A stretch of DNA of 64,000 nucleotides from an uncultured Anaerolineae bacterium (GTDB lineage: Bacteria; Chloroflexota; Anaerolineae; JAADDB01), in assembly GCA_964487375.1 (NCBI GenBank), contig CAZAQA010000012.1:26313-90312 (forward strand). Direction: 5' to 3'. The notes under the pieces were generated by a model that was not told the DNA's origin, searched no databases, and saw only the letters and a list, made by a program, of their open reading frames with translations. Positions 28,452-37,901 of the stretch are shown here, piece by piece. A program made the position numbers and the translations under genes. How positions within the stretch are numbered: position 1 is the stretch's first letter; every line of letters begins with the position of its first letter.

Positions 28452-28840
28452 GATCGACCCGGGCAAGTAGGACTTTTCAATGTTCTAACCTTTAGCGAGT
28501 CCACGGGGGCGTTGTTCTAGCCATCAGGCCGTTGTATGGTTGTTAGAAAGTCGTCGGGCAGACAGGGCAGTACCCTCGCCTCCCCTTTGGTTATATGCGT
28601 AAAAACTCTGAAAAGCCCTGCCGGGCAAGGAGACTACATCAGATTCGCAAGTAGGGCGACAGGGGAAAGGCGTGGTCAAACATAGGCCACAAGCCCAAGA
28701 ACATAATAAGGAGGTAATGCCCATGAGTTAGAGTGCTGTTCTGGCCTGAAGAGGGAGGCTCTTCTTGCTCTTCTCTCGATTTTAGGACAGAATAGGTGCG
28801 ATACGGCCTGACAAAACAAGGTTAAGGAGGTCGGTACGCT

Positions 28841-29533
28841 ATGAGTACAAGACCATACGCCCTTGTGACCTTCGACGTCTATAGTGCGTTGTTTGACATC
28901 AATGGCAGTCTGCTTCCCCTCCTAAGGCGACACTTACAGCTTCCGCAGGAGAGAGCGCAATCCCTGCTACAAGCCTGGCGTAAGACGCAACTCCAGTATA
29001 CTCTCATCAACTCCTTGCTGCAAAAAGGTCATGTATCCTTCCGAGTGGTGACTCGACGTGCCCTGGATGTGGTATTGCATCGGTGGCAACTGGATGTGTC
29101 CGAGAGCGAACGAGAGGCTCTCGTGGCCAGTTGGGATCGGCTTTCTCCTCGGGATGATGCTCATGAGGCTCTAAGGAGCGTACAGGCTCAAGGGTATCCC
29201 CTGGGTTTGCTTTCCAATGGCGATGAGGCTATGTTGCAATCTTTGGCTCAACAACTGGAGGTCCCTGTTGATTTCATTTTTTCCGCGGAACAAGCCCAGA
29301 TCTACAAGCCCCATCCAGCTATTTACCATCTGCCAGTCGAAGCCATGAAGGTGGCCCCTGGGCGCATCCTCCATGTGGCAGGCTCTGGTCGGGATGTGAT
29401 GGGGGCCAAGGCGGCGGGTCTCACGTGTGCCTGGCGTAATCCAGGTCAGGAGCGTATTTTGGATCCTGCATACCAAGCAGATTTCGAAGCCGGCGACCTG
29501 ATCACACTCTTGCAGATGGCGTTGCCCCATTAA
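28841..29533 (+). CDS. HAD-superfamily hydrolase, haloacid dehalogenase type II
   Basis: FDVYSALFD, WRKTQLQY, LSNG, YKPHP and DVMGAKAAG. Confidence 0.85.
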   Translation: MSTRPYALVTFDVYSALFDINGSLLPLLRRHLQLPQERAQSLLQAWRKTQLQYTLINSLLQKGHVSFRVVTRRALDVVLHRWQLDVSESEREALVASWDRLSPRDDAHEALRSVQAQGYPLGLLSNGDEAMLQSLAQQLEVPVDFIFSAEQAQIYKPHPAIYHLPVEAMKVAPGRILHVAGSGRDVMGAKAAGLTCAWRNPGQERILDPAYQADFEAGDLITLLQMALPH

Positions 29534-29547
29534 CGGCTGCTGACCAT

Positions 29548-30492
29548 TCACGACCGCTCCTGAGGTCGATAACTGGCCAGCTCGGCCATCAAGGCCGGAC
29601 GACCATGAGCGTGCCGAATCCAGGCCAGCAGCAGCAGGGTGCCGACCCCCATGGCTACAAAACTGATGAGTCCTCCCTCTGGACCAAAGGCCCCTCCTGT
29701 CCAGAGAGGAGGGCCTCCTTGTCGGATGGCCAGAACGGTCAGAGTACGGAAACTGGTGGTACCACTAACCGGGAAACCGTATACATTCCCTTGGAAAAAG
29801 TTCCAGGCGATGTGGAGGCCGATGGGGATGGCAAGCTCTCCGGTCAAGACATACCCCAACCCCAAAAAGAAACCTGCCACCACGAGATTCACCGTGCTCC
29901 ACGTCGTCATGTGAGGATTCCCGAGATGTAAGAGGCCGAATATCGTGGACGTCAGGATCCAGGCCAGTACGAGCGCTCCTCGCGGCCCCAGGACCCCCAG
30001 GTTGAGACCCTCGGCCAGGTTGCGCAACAAGTATCCTCGGGAGAATAGCTCTTCATTTATGCCTACGGCCACAAACGTCAGAAAAGGAGATAAGATGGCC
30101 AGGAGGAAAGGTTTGTCCGCGTAGGGCGTGTGGAACACAGCGGTCACAGTCACCCAGCCAAGAGACCATTCTGTCGCAAAAATGCCACTCATAAGAAAAG
30201 CGCCCAAAGCCACCCCAAAGGCAAAATCCGACCACCAACGGCGTCCAACGTGAAATCCGAAGTCACTCCAGTCACGCCGGTCCCACATCAAAGTGGCTAT
30301 GATGCTCGCCAGTACCACGGCGGCAAGGTCCAGCCCGTAACTGGCCCAGGGCCAGCGGGAGAACACGGAAGGGGGGAAAAGAGAGGCCGTTTTTTCTATG
30401 AAGAAAATGCTTAAGAGAAACAAGATCAGTCGCCATATTGTGCGAGGGCGTTTCTGGGTTTCACTCCAAAAGGGGTATAGAAGGTAACGCAT
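29548..30492 (-). CDS. CPBP (CAAX/Abi) intramembrane metalloprotease
   Basis: EELFSRG, FGLLH and HIAWN motifs; polytopic. Confidence 0.88.
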   Translation of the reverse strand: MRYLLYPFWSETQKRPRTIWRLILFLLSIFFIEKTASLFPPSVFSRWPWASYGLDLAAVVLASIIATLMWDRRDWSDFGFHVGRRWWSDFAFGVALGAFLMSGIFATEWSLGWVTVTAVFHTPYADKPFLLAILSPFLTFVAVGINEELFSRGYLLRNLAEGLNLGVLGPRGALVLAWILTSTIFGLLHLGNPHMTTWSTVNLVVAGFFLGLGYVLTGELAIPIGLHIAWNFFQGNVYGFPVSGTTSFRTLTVLAIRQGGPPLWTGGAFGPEGGLISFVAMGVGTLLLLAWIRHAHGRPALMAELASYRPQERS

Positions 30493-30501
30493 CGGGGCTC
30501 C

Positions 30502-31347
30502 TTACTCGTATGCTCTTTCCTGTTGCAAGAACGCGTTGACGGCGTCTTTTACACTCATTTCCCCAGCCAGCACGCGATCCCGGTAGGCCGTTGTCCACTG
30601 ATAAAGATAAGAGCGAGCTTCGCGTAATTCCATAAGAATCAAACGGGCCAGCGGACCGGCCTCTTCCAGGAAGCCGGTCGTGTAGAAATCTTGCTCAGCC
30701 CGCTCGCGATCGTAAGCAACGCGCCGGATGCTGCCTGTCCATTGACCATCTTGCCAGATCAAACGGGCGTAACTGGCCCGCCAGTCTCCGTCAAAGGGAA
30801 GGCCAACGGCTCCGGCATTGACGACGAGCGTCTGATCAAGCCAACGAACAAGGGGGCGGTGCGTATGACCGACGCCCAACAAGGGAACGTGGTCGGGTAT
30901 TTTACGGCGTAGTTCTTCGACCGGGGTCTGGGGGTAAATGCCGTCACGGGTGCCTAGGGGAGACGCGTGCGTTATAAACGCGATGACTTTTTCTCCATCA
31001 CTGAGAGTGACGCAAAAAGGAAGATCGAGCAGGGAGGAGATCTCCTGTTGTAGTCGAAGGTATGTCCAATATGAGTAGCGCAAGATCTCGAACTCAGGGC
31101 CACTCCGAGGAGTATCCGGCCGGGTATGTACGAGCACGTATTCTTCATGGTTGCCCAGAATGAAAGGCCATCCCCACCGCTCCCGCTCTTCCAGAATACG
31201 TAAGAGGCAGGCTCGCGGGCGCGGTCCGCGATTGACAACATCGCCGTCAATGACCACCCAGTCTGGCCGCCATTCTTCTAGATCGGCAAACACGGCCTCT
31301 AGAGCGGGAAGATTAGCGTGAATATCGGATAAGAGAGCCAGCTTCAT
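30502..31347 (-). CDS. Calcineurin-like metallophosphoesterase
   Basis: SDIHAN, GDVV, GNHE, HAS, GHTH and NAG motifs. Confidence 0.88.
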   Translation of the reverse strand: MKLALLSDIHANLPALEAVFADLEEWRPDWVVIDGDVVNRGPRPRACLLRILEERERWGWPFILGNHEEYVLVHTRPDTPRSGPEFEILRYSYWTYLRLQQEISSLLDLPFCVTLSDGEKVIAFITHASPLGTRDGIYPQTPVEELRRKIPDHVPLLGVGHTHRPLVRWLDQTLVVNAGAVGLPFDGDWRASYARLIWQDGQWTGSIRRVAYDRERAEQDFYTTGFLEEAGPLARLILMELREARSYLYQWTTAYRDRVLAGEMSVKDAVNAFLQQERAYE

Positions 31348-32630
31348 GCGCGAATAGTCGCCTCTTTGATGATCATTTGACTTCGTTCTGGCCCTACGGA
31401 AATGTATCGGATAGGAGCGTTTGCCAGTTCCTCAATCCGAGCCAGGTATTGTCGCGCGTTTTGGGGCAGCTCTTCCCAAGAACGGATGGCCTGAGTGGAG
31501 GACATCCAGCCTGGCCAACTCTCATACACCGGCATGACGTGCTCTAACAGCGGGACATCGGGCATCTCCTGGGTGATGCTTCCGTCGGGCAGCCGATAGC
31601 CAACGCAGATCTTGATTTCCTCAAATGTGTCCAGCACATCGAGTTTTGTCACAGCGATAGCCGTGTAGCCGTTGATCCAGCTGGAATAGCGCACAGCTAC
31701 ACCGTCGAACCAACCGCAACGCCTTGGTCGTCCCGTGGTTGCTCCGTATTCATGGCCGATCTGGCGCAGCCTCTCGCCGACCTCGTCCTGCAATTCTACG
31801 GGGAAAGGACCGGCGCCTACGGCCGTGCTGTAGGCCTTGACGACACCGATGACGTATCCTACGTAATGGGGAGGGAAGCCAGCTCCCACGGGGGTGAAGC
31901 CAACGATGGGGTTAGAGGAGGTTACATACGGATAAATGCCCCAGTCTAAGTCACGCATAATACCCAACTGGCCTTCCAGAAGAATGTGGCGCTCGCGATT
32001 GAGAGCATCTCGGATGAGAGGGATCGTATCGACAATGCGATCTCCCAAGGCCTCTTGCCAGGCTCGAATTTGGTCCATCAATTCGTCTGCTTCCAACGGC
32101 GGTTGCCCGTACACCTCTAATTCGTGATTGATGATGGGTAAGATCACGTTCAGCCGCTCTAGCACGCGGTCGGGATATGCCAGTTCTCCCAGGCGAATAC
32201 CCAAGCGCGCCGCCTTGTGAGAATAAACAGGCCCAATGCCTCGCTTGGTTGTGCCGATGGCCCTCCCCCCCCGTGCCTGTTCGCGCAAGCCGTCCAGCAG
32301 ACGATGATAAGGCATGATCACATGAGCCCGATTCGAAAGGTAAAGGTTGGCAGTAGATACCCCAGCACTCTCGAGGTGGGCAATTTCTTCCAGAAGGGTG
32401 TCCGGGTTCACGACGCAACCGGTCCCCACAATGTTGATGGTATGAGGGTTGAAAATGCCGGAGGGGACGAGGTGTAGACGGAATGTGCCAAAGTCGTTGA
32501 CGACCGTGTGGCCTGCGTTATCCCCGCCCTGGTAGCGGATGACCATATAGGTCTGTTGGGCCAGGTAGTCCACTATCCGACCTTTTCCTTCATCGCCCCA
32601 CTGGGCTCCCACGACCGCGGTAATCGGCAT
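31344..32630 (-). CDS. purA: Adenylosuccinate synthetase
   Basis: [42 protein letters not shown] and TKLDVL. Confidence 0.98.
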   Translation of the reverse strand: MPITAVVGAQWGDEGKGRIVDYLAQQTYMVIRYQGGDNAGHTVVNDFGTFRLHLVPSGIFNPHTINIVGTGCVVNPDTLLEEIAHLESAGVSTANLYLSNRAHVIMPYHRLLDGLREQARGGRAIGTTKRGIGPVYSHKAARLGIRLGELAYPDRVLERLNVILPIINHELEVYGQPPLEADELMDQIRAWQEALGDRIVDTIPLIRDALNRERHILLEGQLGIMRDLDWGIYPYVTSSNPIVGFTPVGAGFPPHYVGYVIGVVKAYSTAVGAGPFPVELQDEVGERLRQIGHEYGATTGRPRRCGWFDGVAVRYSSWINGYTAIAVTKLDVLDTFEEIKICVGYRLPDGSITQEMPDVPLLEHVMPVYESWPGWMSSTQAIRSWEELPQNARQYLARIEELANAPIRYISVGPERSQMIIKEATIRA

Positions 32631-32777
32631 AGCATCATTCCTTTCTCGACATGAGATGTATTTGCAGGCTGGGGAACATTCTCCGGCCGCCTGAAATAAG
32701 TATAGTCCTCAAGCCCGTGCCTTACCAGCCAGAGGCAAGAAGTTGAACCTGTTTTCCTGGCATAACATGTGTCCAAT

Positions 32778-33596
32778 TCATGTTCCGCCCTCATAGGCAA
32801 CGACTGTATCGATGGCTTCCTCTACTTCTGTTGGCCTCCGAGCTGCCGCGTCCTTTTCCTCCTTCGTCCAGGCCGCCAGGAATTCTACATTCCCCCTTGC
32901 TCCACGAATTGGGGATACGATCAGGGCCTGCAAAAACAGTCCCAAGGCAATTGCATCGGTCAGCACGCGTTTCAGCACGTGCTTGCGGACCGTCTCATCT
33001 CGTACCACCCCTCCCTTCCCCACTTGCCTGCGGCCTGCCTCAAATTGAGGCTTGATAAGCGCGATGACCCAGCCCTTGGGGTGGACTAAAGGCAGCACAT
33101 GAGGCAGAACCAGGTGCAATCCAATGAAAGAAACGTCGATAGTGGCCAGGTCTACCGGCTCTGGCAGGTGAGAAAGTCGGCGGATGTTGGTGCGTTCCAT
33201 GACGATAACGCGAGCATCCTGACGAAGTTTCCAGGCCAGTTGTCCGTAGCCCACATCAATAGCGTACACCCGGCGGGCGCTCCGTTGCAACAAGACATCA
33301 GTGAACCCCCCGGTAGATGCCCCAACGTCCGCACAGACCCACCCCGTGACGTCCAATTCCAAGTGGTCGAGCATGGCCGCCAGCTTGTACCCTCCCCGAC
33401 TCACATATGGCAGTGGCGCCTTCACGGTAATAGGTGCGTCGCAAGGGACTCGTTTCCCCGGCTTGTCCACCCGGAGGCCGTTGACCCGGACGTTTCCGGC
33501 CATGATCAAAGCCTGGGCTTGCGCACGAGTTTTCGCGAGTCCGCGCACGACCAGGAGTTTGTCCACCCGTTCTTTCTTTGCTGCCGAGCTCGTCAT
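32778..33596 (-). CDS. tlyA: TlyA-family rRNA 2'-O-methyltransferase (S4 + FtsJ domains)
   Basis: [36 protein letters not shown] and LIKPQFE. Start set at ATG 33596. Confidence 0.95.
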   Translation of the reverse strand: MTSSAAKKERVDKLLVVRGLAKTRAQAQALIMAGNVRVNGLRVDKPGKRVPCDAPITVKAPLPYVSRGGYKLAAMLDHLELDVTGWVCADVGASTGGFTDVLLQRSARRVYAIDVGYGQLAWKLRQDARVIVMERTNIRRLSHLPEPVDLATIDVSFIGLHLVLPHVLPLVHPKGWVIALIKPQFEAGRRQVGKGGVVRDETVRKHVLKRVLTDAIALGLFLQALIVSPIRGARGNVEFLAAWTKEEKDAAARRPTEVEEAIDTVVAYEGGT

Positions 33597-33618
33597 ATCG
33601 ATAAGACCAGAGATCTTC

Positions 33619-33648
33619 CCAAGCATCAGAGAGCCAAGCATCAGAGAG
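33619..33648. repeat. Perfect 15-bp tandem duplication upstream of tlyA
   Basis: ccaagcatcagagag twice. Confidence 0.85.
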
Positions 33649-33788
33649 AGCGATGAAGGCTTCTCCGGGATTTGCATGGCTTGTGTTTCACGCGTATGAT
33701 GATGCCGCCAGTATCGGTCCTTGTCAACTGTACCCCAAGGGCCTAGTAGACGGAATATTACCCATTACGGACGGCCGACGATCTAGCT

Positions 33789-34682
33789 ATGAGCGATTTA
33801 TCACGCACTGCATATGCGCTTCTCCGGACGATGCGCCCGAAGCAGTGGACGAAGAATGCCTTCGTCTTCACGGCACTGATTTTTGATCGGAAACTGTTTC
33901 GTCCGGAACCGGCTGTACGGACTCTCGTTGCTTTCATTCTTTTTTGTTTGGCTTCCAGTACCGTCTATCTGATCAACGATCTGGCTGACATTGAGAGCGA
34001 CCGTCAACACCCAAAGAAGCGTTTCCGTCCTCTGGCTTCAGGAGAGTTGTCGCCCCGGGTGGCCTTGCTGGCAGCCATTCTGCTGATTTTGTTCACTGTA
34101 CCTTCTGCTTTCGCTGTAAACAAGGCCTTTGGCCTTATTCTGGCCGGATATTTGTTCTTGCAGCTTGCCTACTCCTTCATCTTGAAGCATATTGTCATTA
34201 TTGATGTGATGACTGTAGCAGCTGGATTTGTGTTGCGAGTAGGCGCTGGCGTGGTCGTGGTTCAAGTGACCCGTTTTTCCCCCTGGCTGTATGTGTGTAC
34301 CACTTTACTCGCTCTCTTTATTGCCATCAACAAGCGACGTCACGAACTGGTGTTGTTGGCCCAAGATGCCGGCAACCACCGGAAAATTTTGGCCGAGTAT
34401 AATATCGAGTTTCTGGACGAAATGAACAGTATGGTTACGGCGAGTACCGTCATTGCCTACTCGTTGTATACCTTTTCGGCACCAAATCTACCGCGCAACC
34501 ACACGATGATGCTAACCATCCCTTTCGTAATTTATGGTTTGTTTCGTTACCTTTATCTGGTGCATGTGCACGGCGAGGGGGGAGCACCCGATGAGCTCGT
34601 CCTGCGTGACATCCCCCTTTTTTTGACCCTGGCCTTGTGGGCCCTTGCTGTCGTCATCGTTCTCTATTTGTTCCCCGCCTGA
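33789..34682 (+). CDS. UbiA-family polyprenyl-phosphate phosphoribosyltransferase (DPPR synthase-like)
   Basis: MRPKQWTKN, YLINDLAD..SDRQHP.KRFRPLASG, IIDV, KRRHEL and GGAPDELV. Confidence 0.85.
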   Translation: MSDLSRTAYALLRTMRPKQWTKNAFVFTALIFDRKLFRPEPAVRTLVAFILFCLASSTVYLINDLADIESDRQHPKKRFRPLASGELSPRVALLAAILLILFTVPSAFAVNKAFGLILAGYLFLQLAYSFILKHIVIIDVMTVAAGFVLRVGAGVVVVQVTRFSPWLYVCTTLLALFIAINKRRHELVLLAQDAGNHRKILAEYNIEFLDEMNSMVTASTVIAYSLYTFSAPNLPRNHTMMLTIPFVIYGLFRYLYLVHVHGEGGAPDELVLRDIPLFLTLALWALAVVIVLYLFPA

Positions 34683-34765
34683 ATCTGCTTGTGGGAACGG
34701 GACTAAAAGAGTATAATGGACACACGATTCCAGGTGGGGCATGAGTGGCCCAGAGGAGTATGACA

Positions 34766-35356
34766 ATGAACGCGATTAACCGTGTCGTGGCCGTCCTGAT
34801 ATTTCTCCTGTTCCTTGTGGGCACTATTCTCGTGGCTCTCTTTCCTTTTGAGACTTTGACAATGCTTGGCCACGTTGCAGAGACATTGTACGCTGGCCTG
34901 AGCGAATGGTACGGGGCGTCCCCACTTCTCTTTCGGGTGGGGCAAGTGGCGGTAGTTCTGGCCTCCCTCCTGGTCTGGGGGACGTTGCTCTTCTTTGAGG
35001 TCCGACGCGGTAAGCCCCGGACAGTACAGGTGGCCGTTTCGGAAGGTGGCCGAGCAGAAATTTTGGTGGATTCCGTTGCGCTGCGCCTCTCCTATTATCT
35101 CGATCAACTGGCTGATGTCATCAATGTCACCCCACGCGTTCGCAGCAAAGGCAACGTTGTCCACGTCGCGGTGGACGTGGAAACCACACCTGATGTGGAC
35201 GTGCCCATGAAAACCCAGGAAATTATGCATGTCATCCGAGAGGTAGTAGAAGAGAGGATGGGATTGAAATTGGGGCGCGTTGATGTACGCATCAAACACG
35301 CCCCCTTTCCACAGGACGTGGGGGAGCCTCAAGTCATCGGTTCAACACGACAATAG
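34766..35356 (+). CDS. AmaP/Asp23-family membrane-anchored protein
   Basis: Two TM helices, then an Asp23-like domain (V.V.P...IQE...EVVEERMGLKLGRVDVRI). Start after GAGGAG. Confidence 0.7.
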   Translation: MNAINRVVAVLIFLLFLVGTILVALFPFETLTMLGHVAETLYAGLSEWYGASPLLFRVGQVAVVLASLLVWGTLLFFEVRRGKPRTVQVAVSEGGRAEILVDSVALRLSYYLDQLADVINVTPRVRSKGNVVHVAVDVETTPDVDVPMKTQEIMHVIREVVEERMGLKLGRVDVRIKHAPFPQDVGEPQVIGSTRQ

Positions 35357-35870
35357 CCTCCCCTTCCAGAATTTGCAGTTTCTTGATAGTGACTGGACCA
35401 AATTGTGTACTGGCCTTTTGGCTGATGACGTCTGTAAGCTGCTTCAATAGACTCTGGGGGACGGGGAGACCAGCGATGATGGCTTTCTCCACGTGGAAGG
35501 AGAGTTTCTGTCCCTGAACAGCAAGAGCGACAATAAGAAGGGCATCGCCGCTGACAGGCAGGAAGCCGCTCTTCAGGCGTCCTTTGATGTAGACTTTACC
35601 GCTGCTGAACCAGACAGTGGGCTTTCGGATGGGAACTTGAGCATCCGCCAATTTCAAGTTGATGTACGAGGTGATTTCCGACTCGGTGAAGCGTATTTTT
35701 ACGTCACCTGGAGGTGCGTCTTTTAGCGAGGCGAGTTTCTGCTCGAAACGCTGTGCGGCCGCCTTACTGATCGGGACATCCCGTTGGGGCACGTCGATTT
35801 TGGGTTTGGAACAGGCAACCGTGCCGAGCGCCAGAAAGAGCAAGGGCATAATGAGCAGGAATTTTTTCAC
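35334..35870 (-). CDS. Hypothetical lipoprotein (LmeA/DUF2993-like tubular fold possible)
   Basis: GTG start after GGAGG; MKKFLLIMPLLFLALGTVA-C lipobox; FTESEITSYI motif. Confidence 0.6.
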   Translation of the reverse strand: MKKFLLIMPLLFLALGTVACSKPKIDVPQRDVPISKAAAQRFEQKLASLKDAPPGDVKIRFTESEITSYINLKLADAQVPIRKPTVWFSSGKVYIKGRLKSGFLPVSGDALLIVALAVQGQKLSFHVEKAIIAGLPVPQSLLKQLTDVISQKASTQFGPVTIKKLQILEGEAIVVLNR

Positions 35871-35921
35871 GATACAACCTCCCTTTGGACTTTGTACCTG
35901 ACATCCACATACGAGTATATC

Positions 35922-36623
35922 ATGGCTGAGGGTACGCACATAAAACAAGACGGTGCACTATCAGCGAACGTTCCGACATCCAAACAAGTTGGACGGGCTT
36001 TGGAACGACGTTTGGAGGCCCTCTTGTTCGTCGCTCCTGCCCCGGTCCCCTTGGCCGATCTGGCCCGCATTTTGTCGGTTTCGCTTGCAGAGGTGGAAAC
36101 TTCCCTGGAAGCACTGCAGAAGCACCTGGAAGGCCGGGGACTTGTCCTCCAGCGTCTGCGGAACAAGGTTCAGTTGGTTACCGCGCCCGATTTGTCGAAA
36201 GATATCGAGCGCTTCCTGGGATTAAACGTCTCCCATAGCTTGAGTGCAGCCGCGGTGGAAACCCTGGCCATTATTGCCTACAAGCAACCGGTTACACGGG
36301 CAGAAATCGAGGCCCTTCGTGGGGTGAACAGCGATGGAGTTTTGCGCTCACTGGTGAGCAAAGGGTTAGTGGAAGAGGTGGGGCGAAAGGAGACGGTCGG
36401 TCGCCCCATTCTGTACGGCACCTCAATGAATTTCTTGCAATATTTCGGCCTACGCAATCTCTCCGAACTCCCACCTTTGAAGGCAGGGGAGGTTACGGCG
36501 GAAACGCTGGAGAAAGCACTGCAAGAAGCGGGGCGCAGGGACCGGGAAGGAAGGGGAGACCCTGAGACGGATATCTCACGACCAAATCGTGCGCGCCGGG
36601 CGCAGATGGGTCGGGATAAATAA
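35922..36623 (+). CDS. scpB: SMC-Scp complex subunit ScpB
   Basis: LEALLFVA, LSAAAVETLAIIAYKQPVTRAEIEALRGVNS and GRPILYGTS..FLQYFGL..LSELP. Confidence 0.96.
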   Translation: MAEGTHIKQDGALSANVPTSKQVGRALERRLEALLFVAPAPVPLADLARILSVSLAEVETSLEALQKHLEGRGLVLQRLRNKVQLVTAPDLSKDIERFLGLNVSHSLSAAAVETLAIIAYKQPVTRAEIEALRGVNSDGVLRSLVSKGLVEEVGRKETVGRPILYGTSMNFLQYFGLRNLSELPPLKAGEVTAETLEKALQEAGRRDREGRGDPETDISRPNRARRAQMGRDK

Positions 36624-36634
36624 GAGGTGATGCC

Positions 36635-37378
36635 ATGTACAACTTGTGGGAAGTCCGGAAGCGGAAAGGGATGACGCTGCGAGACTTGGCAGCACGCACA
36701 GGGATTCCCTTGGAACGCCTGGCTGCTTACGAACAGGGCCGCGAATCCATTCCATACAGTGACTTGCCGCGGCTGGCCAAGGCGTTGTATGTCGAGGAAT
36801 GGGAGATCAAAACGCGTTCCGATCCGCCACCCCAGAAGCGCTCTCAACAGCGGGCTCGTCCGCGCTCATCCCATCGTCCCTCAGGTAGACCGTCACGTCG
36901 GGCTCGTCCCCAAAAGCGGCCAACGCGTAGACGAGTCCCTCCTCCCCCCAGTCCAGCGCGGGAAACCCAACTGGCTCATCTGCGTCAATTGGTCCCGGCC
37001 GTGGGTAAGACGGTAGAGGAAATCGAGCAATCCCTGGGTAAACCACTTTCCGAACTCACGCGACGAGAGGCCTCCCAACTCCTTTTCCGCTTTCAAGAGA
37101 TTCTGCGGGAAAGGAAACAAGAAGCCAAGGAGGAAGGTGCCCATAATCGACGCCGCGCTTACCTGCCAGAAGGCGTGGACCGTTTTGAGATGGAGTATCT
37201 GACGGATGTCCAGAATTCCGCCCATCCCGTCCGTTTTCACCTTTTCGACGGGACGGAAGTCGAAGGGTCCATCGTCGGTTTTGGCCCTTACACTATCACT
37301 GTCCACACCCAGGAAGGTGAAACCACTCTGAACAAGCTCGCCATCGCCTGGTATACGCGGAAAGGAGGCGCGCCATGA
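36635..37378 (+). CDS. XRE-HTH / Arg-rich linker / helical module / C-terminal Hfq(Sm)-like fusion protein A
   Basis: aa 1-58 HTH_3 (RKRKGMTLRDLAARTGIPLERLAAYEQG). aa 183-241 FEMEYLTDVQNSAHPVRFHLFDGTEVEGSIVGFGPYTITV...TLNKLAIAWY aligns by eye with Hfq [40 protein letters not shown]...MVYKHAISTV. Confidence 0.75.
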   Translation: MYNLWEVRKRKGMTLRDLAARTGIPLERLAAYEQGRESIPYSDLPRLAKALYVEEWEIKTRSDPPPQKRSQQRARPRSSHRPSGRPSRRARPQKRPTRRRVPPPPSPARETQLAHLRQLVPAVGKTVEEIEQSLGKPLSELTRREASQLLFRFQEILRERKQEAKEEGAHNRRRAYLPEGVDRFEMEYLTDVQNSAHPVRFHLFDGTEVEGSIVGFGPYTITVHTQEGETTLNKLAIAWYTRKGGAP

Positions 37379-37827
37379 GCACAGGGGACTACGTGCGTTT
37401 CTTGCGTGCCCTCCATGGAGGACAAGATTTTTTTACCATCCAGGAGGCCTCTGGAGTGCCTTCCAGTGTCATGCGTCAGCTCGAACAACGCTACCGACAT
37501 GTTGGGGATGAGGAGACCCTGCATCGATTGGCCGAATATTACGGAGTTCCCGCGGAAGAACTCTTGTGGCGGCGAGAATGGTCTCGAGCTCGGCTGACGT
37601 TTGCTCTTGAGGATGCCATTCGCGAGGAGGTGCCCATCCGTTTGTTCCTGCGTACAGGCGAGACATTCGAAGGTCAGGTGCGTTGGGTGGACCTGGCGGC
37701 GACCTGCCTGGAAGTGGAGGGGCAAGAAATCATTGTTCAGCGTCATTGGGTGGACAAATGGGAGCTACTGCGAAAGGGAAAAGAGGAACGAGCAGAAAAG
37801 AGCAGGAGAGGCGAGGGAAAAAGTTAG
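37375..37827 (+). CDS. XRE-HTH / Hfq(Sm)-like fusion protein B
   Basis: aa 1-65 HTH-like (VRFLRALHG...IQEASGVPSSVMRQLEQ...LHRLAEYYGVPAEEL). aa 74-130 LTFALEDAIREEVPIRLFLRTGETFEGQVRWVD...IVQRHWVDKW is Sm-like. ATGA overlap with protein A, SD AAGGAGG. Confidence 0.72.
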   Translation: MSTGDYVRFLRALHGGQDFFTIQEASGVPSSVMRQLEQRYRHVGDEETLHRLAEYYGVPAEELLWRREWSRARLTFALEDAIREEVPIRLFLRTGETFEGQVRWVDLAATCLEVEGQEIIVQRHWVDKWELLRKGKEERAEKSRRGEGKS

Positions 37828-37901
37828 CAGGCGGAGAGCGACAAATGAGGAGCGCGTGGTAAGGAATTGTTCGTGCCTCGGGCGGGCGCCACGCGCTCCC
37901 G

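Noticed and set aside
29548-30492. CPBP/Abi protein as abortive-infection defence
   Set aside because: The Abi name of this family is historical. The motifs indicate an ordinary intramembrane protease.
32631-32777. Purine riboswitch upstream of purA
   Set aside because: The purine aptamer consensus (TATAAT...GATATGG...TTTCTACC...CCGTAAA) is not present on the minus strand.
32778-33596. tlyA as a haemolysin or virulence gene
   Set aside because: It has the S4 + FtsJ rRNA methyltransferase architecture, which is widespread in non-pathogens.
33619-33648. 15-bp direct repeat as CRISPR or target-site duplication
   Set aside because: There are only two adjacent copies, with no spacer, no cas gene and no element between them. 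It is simple slippage.
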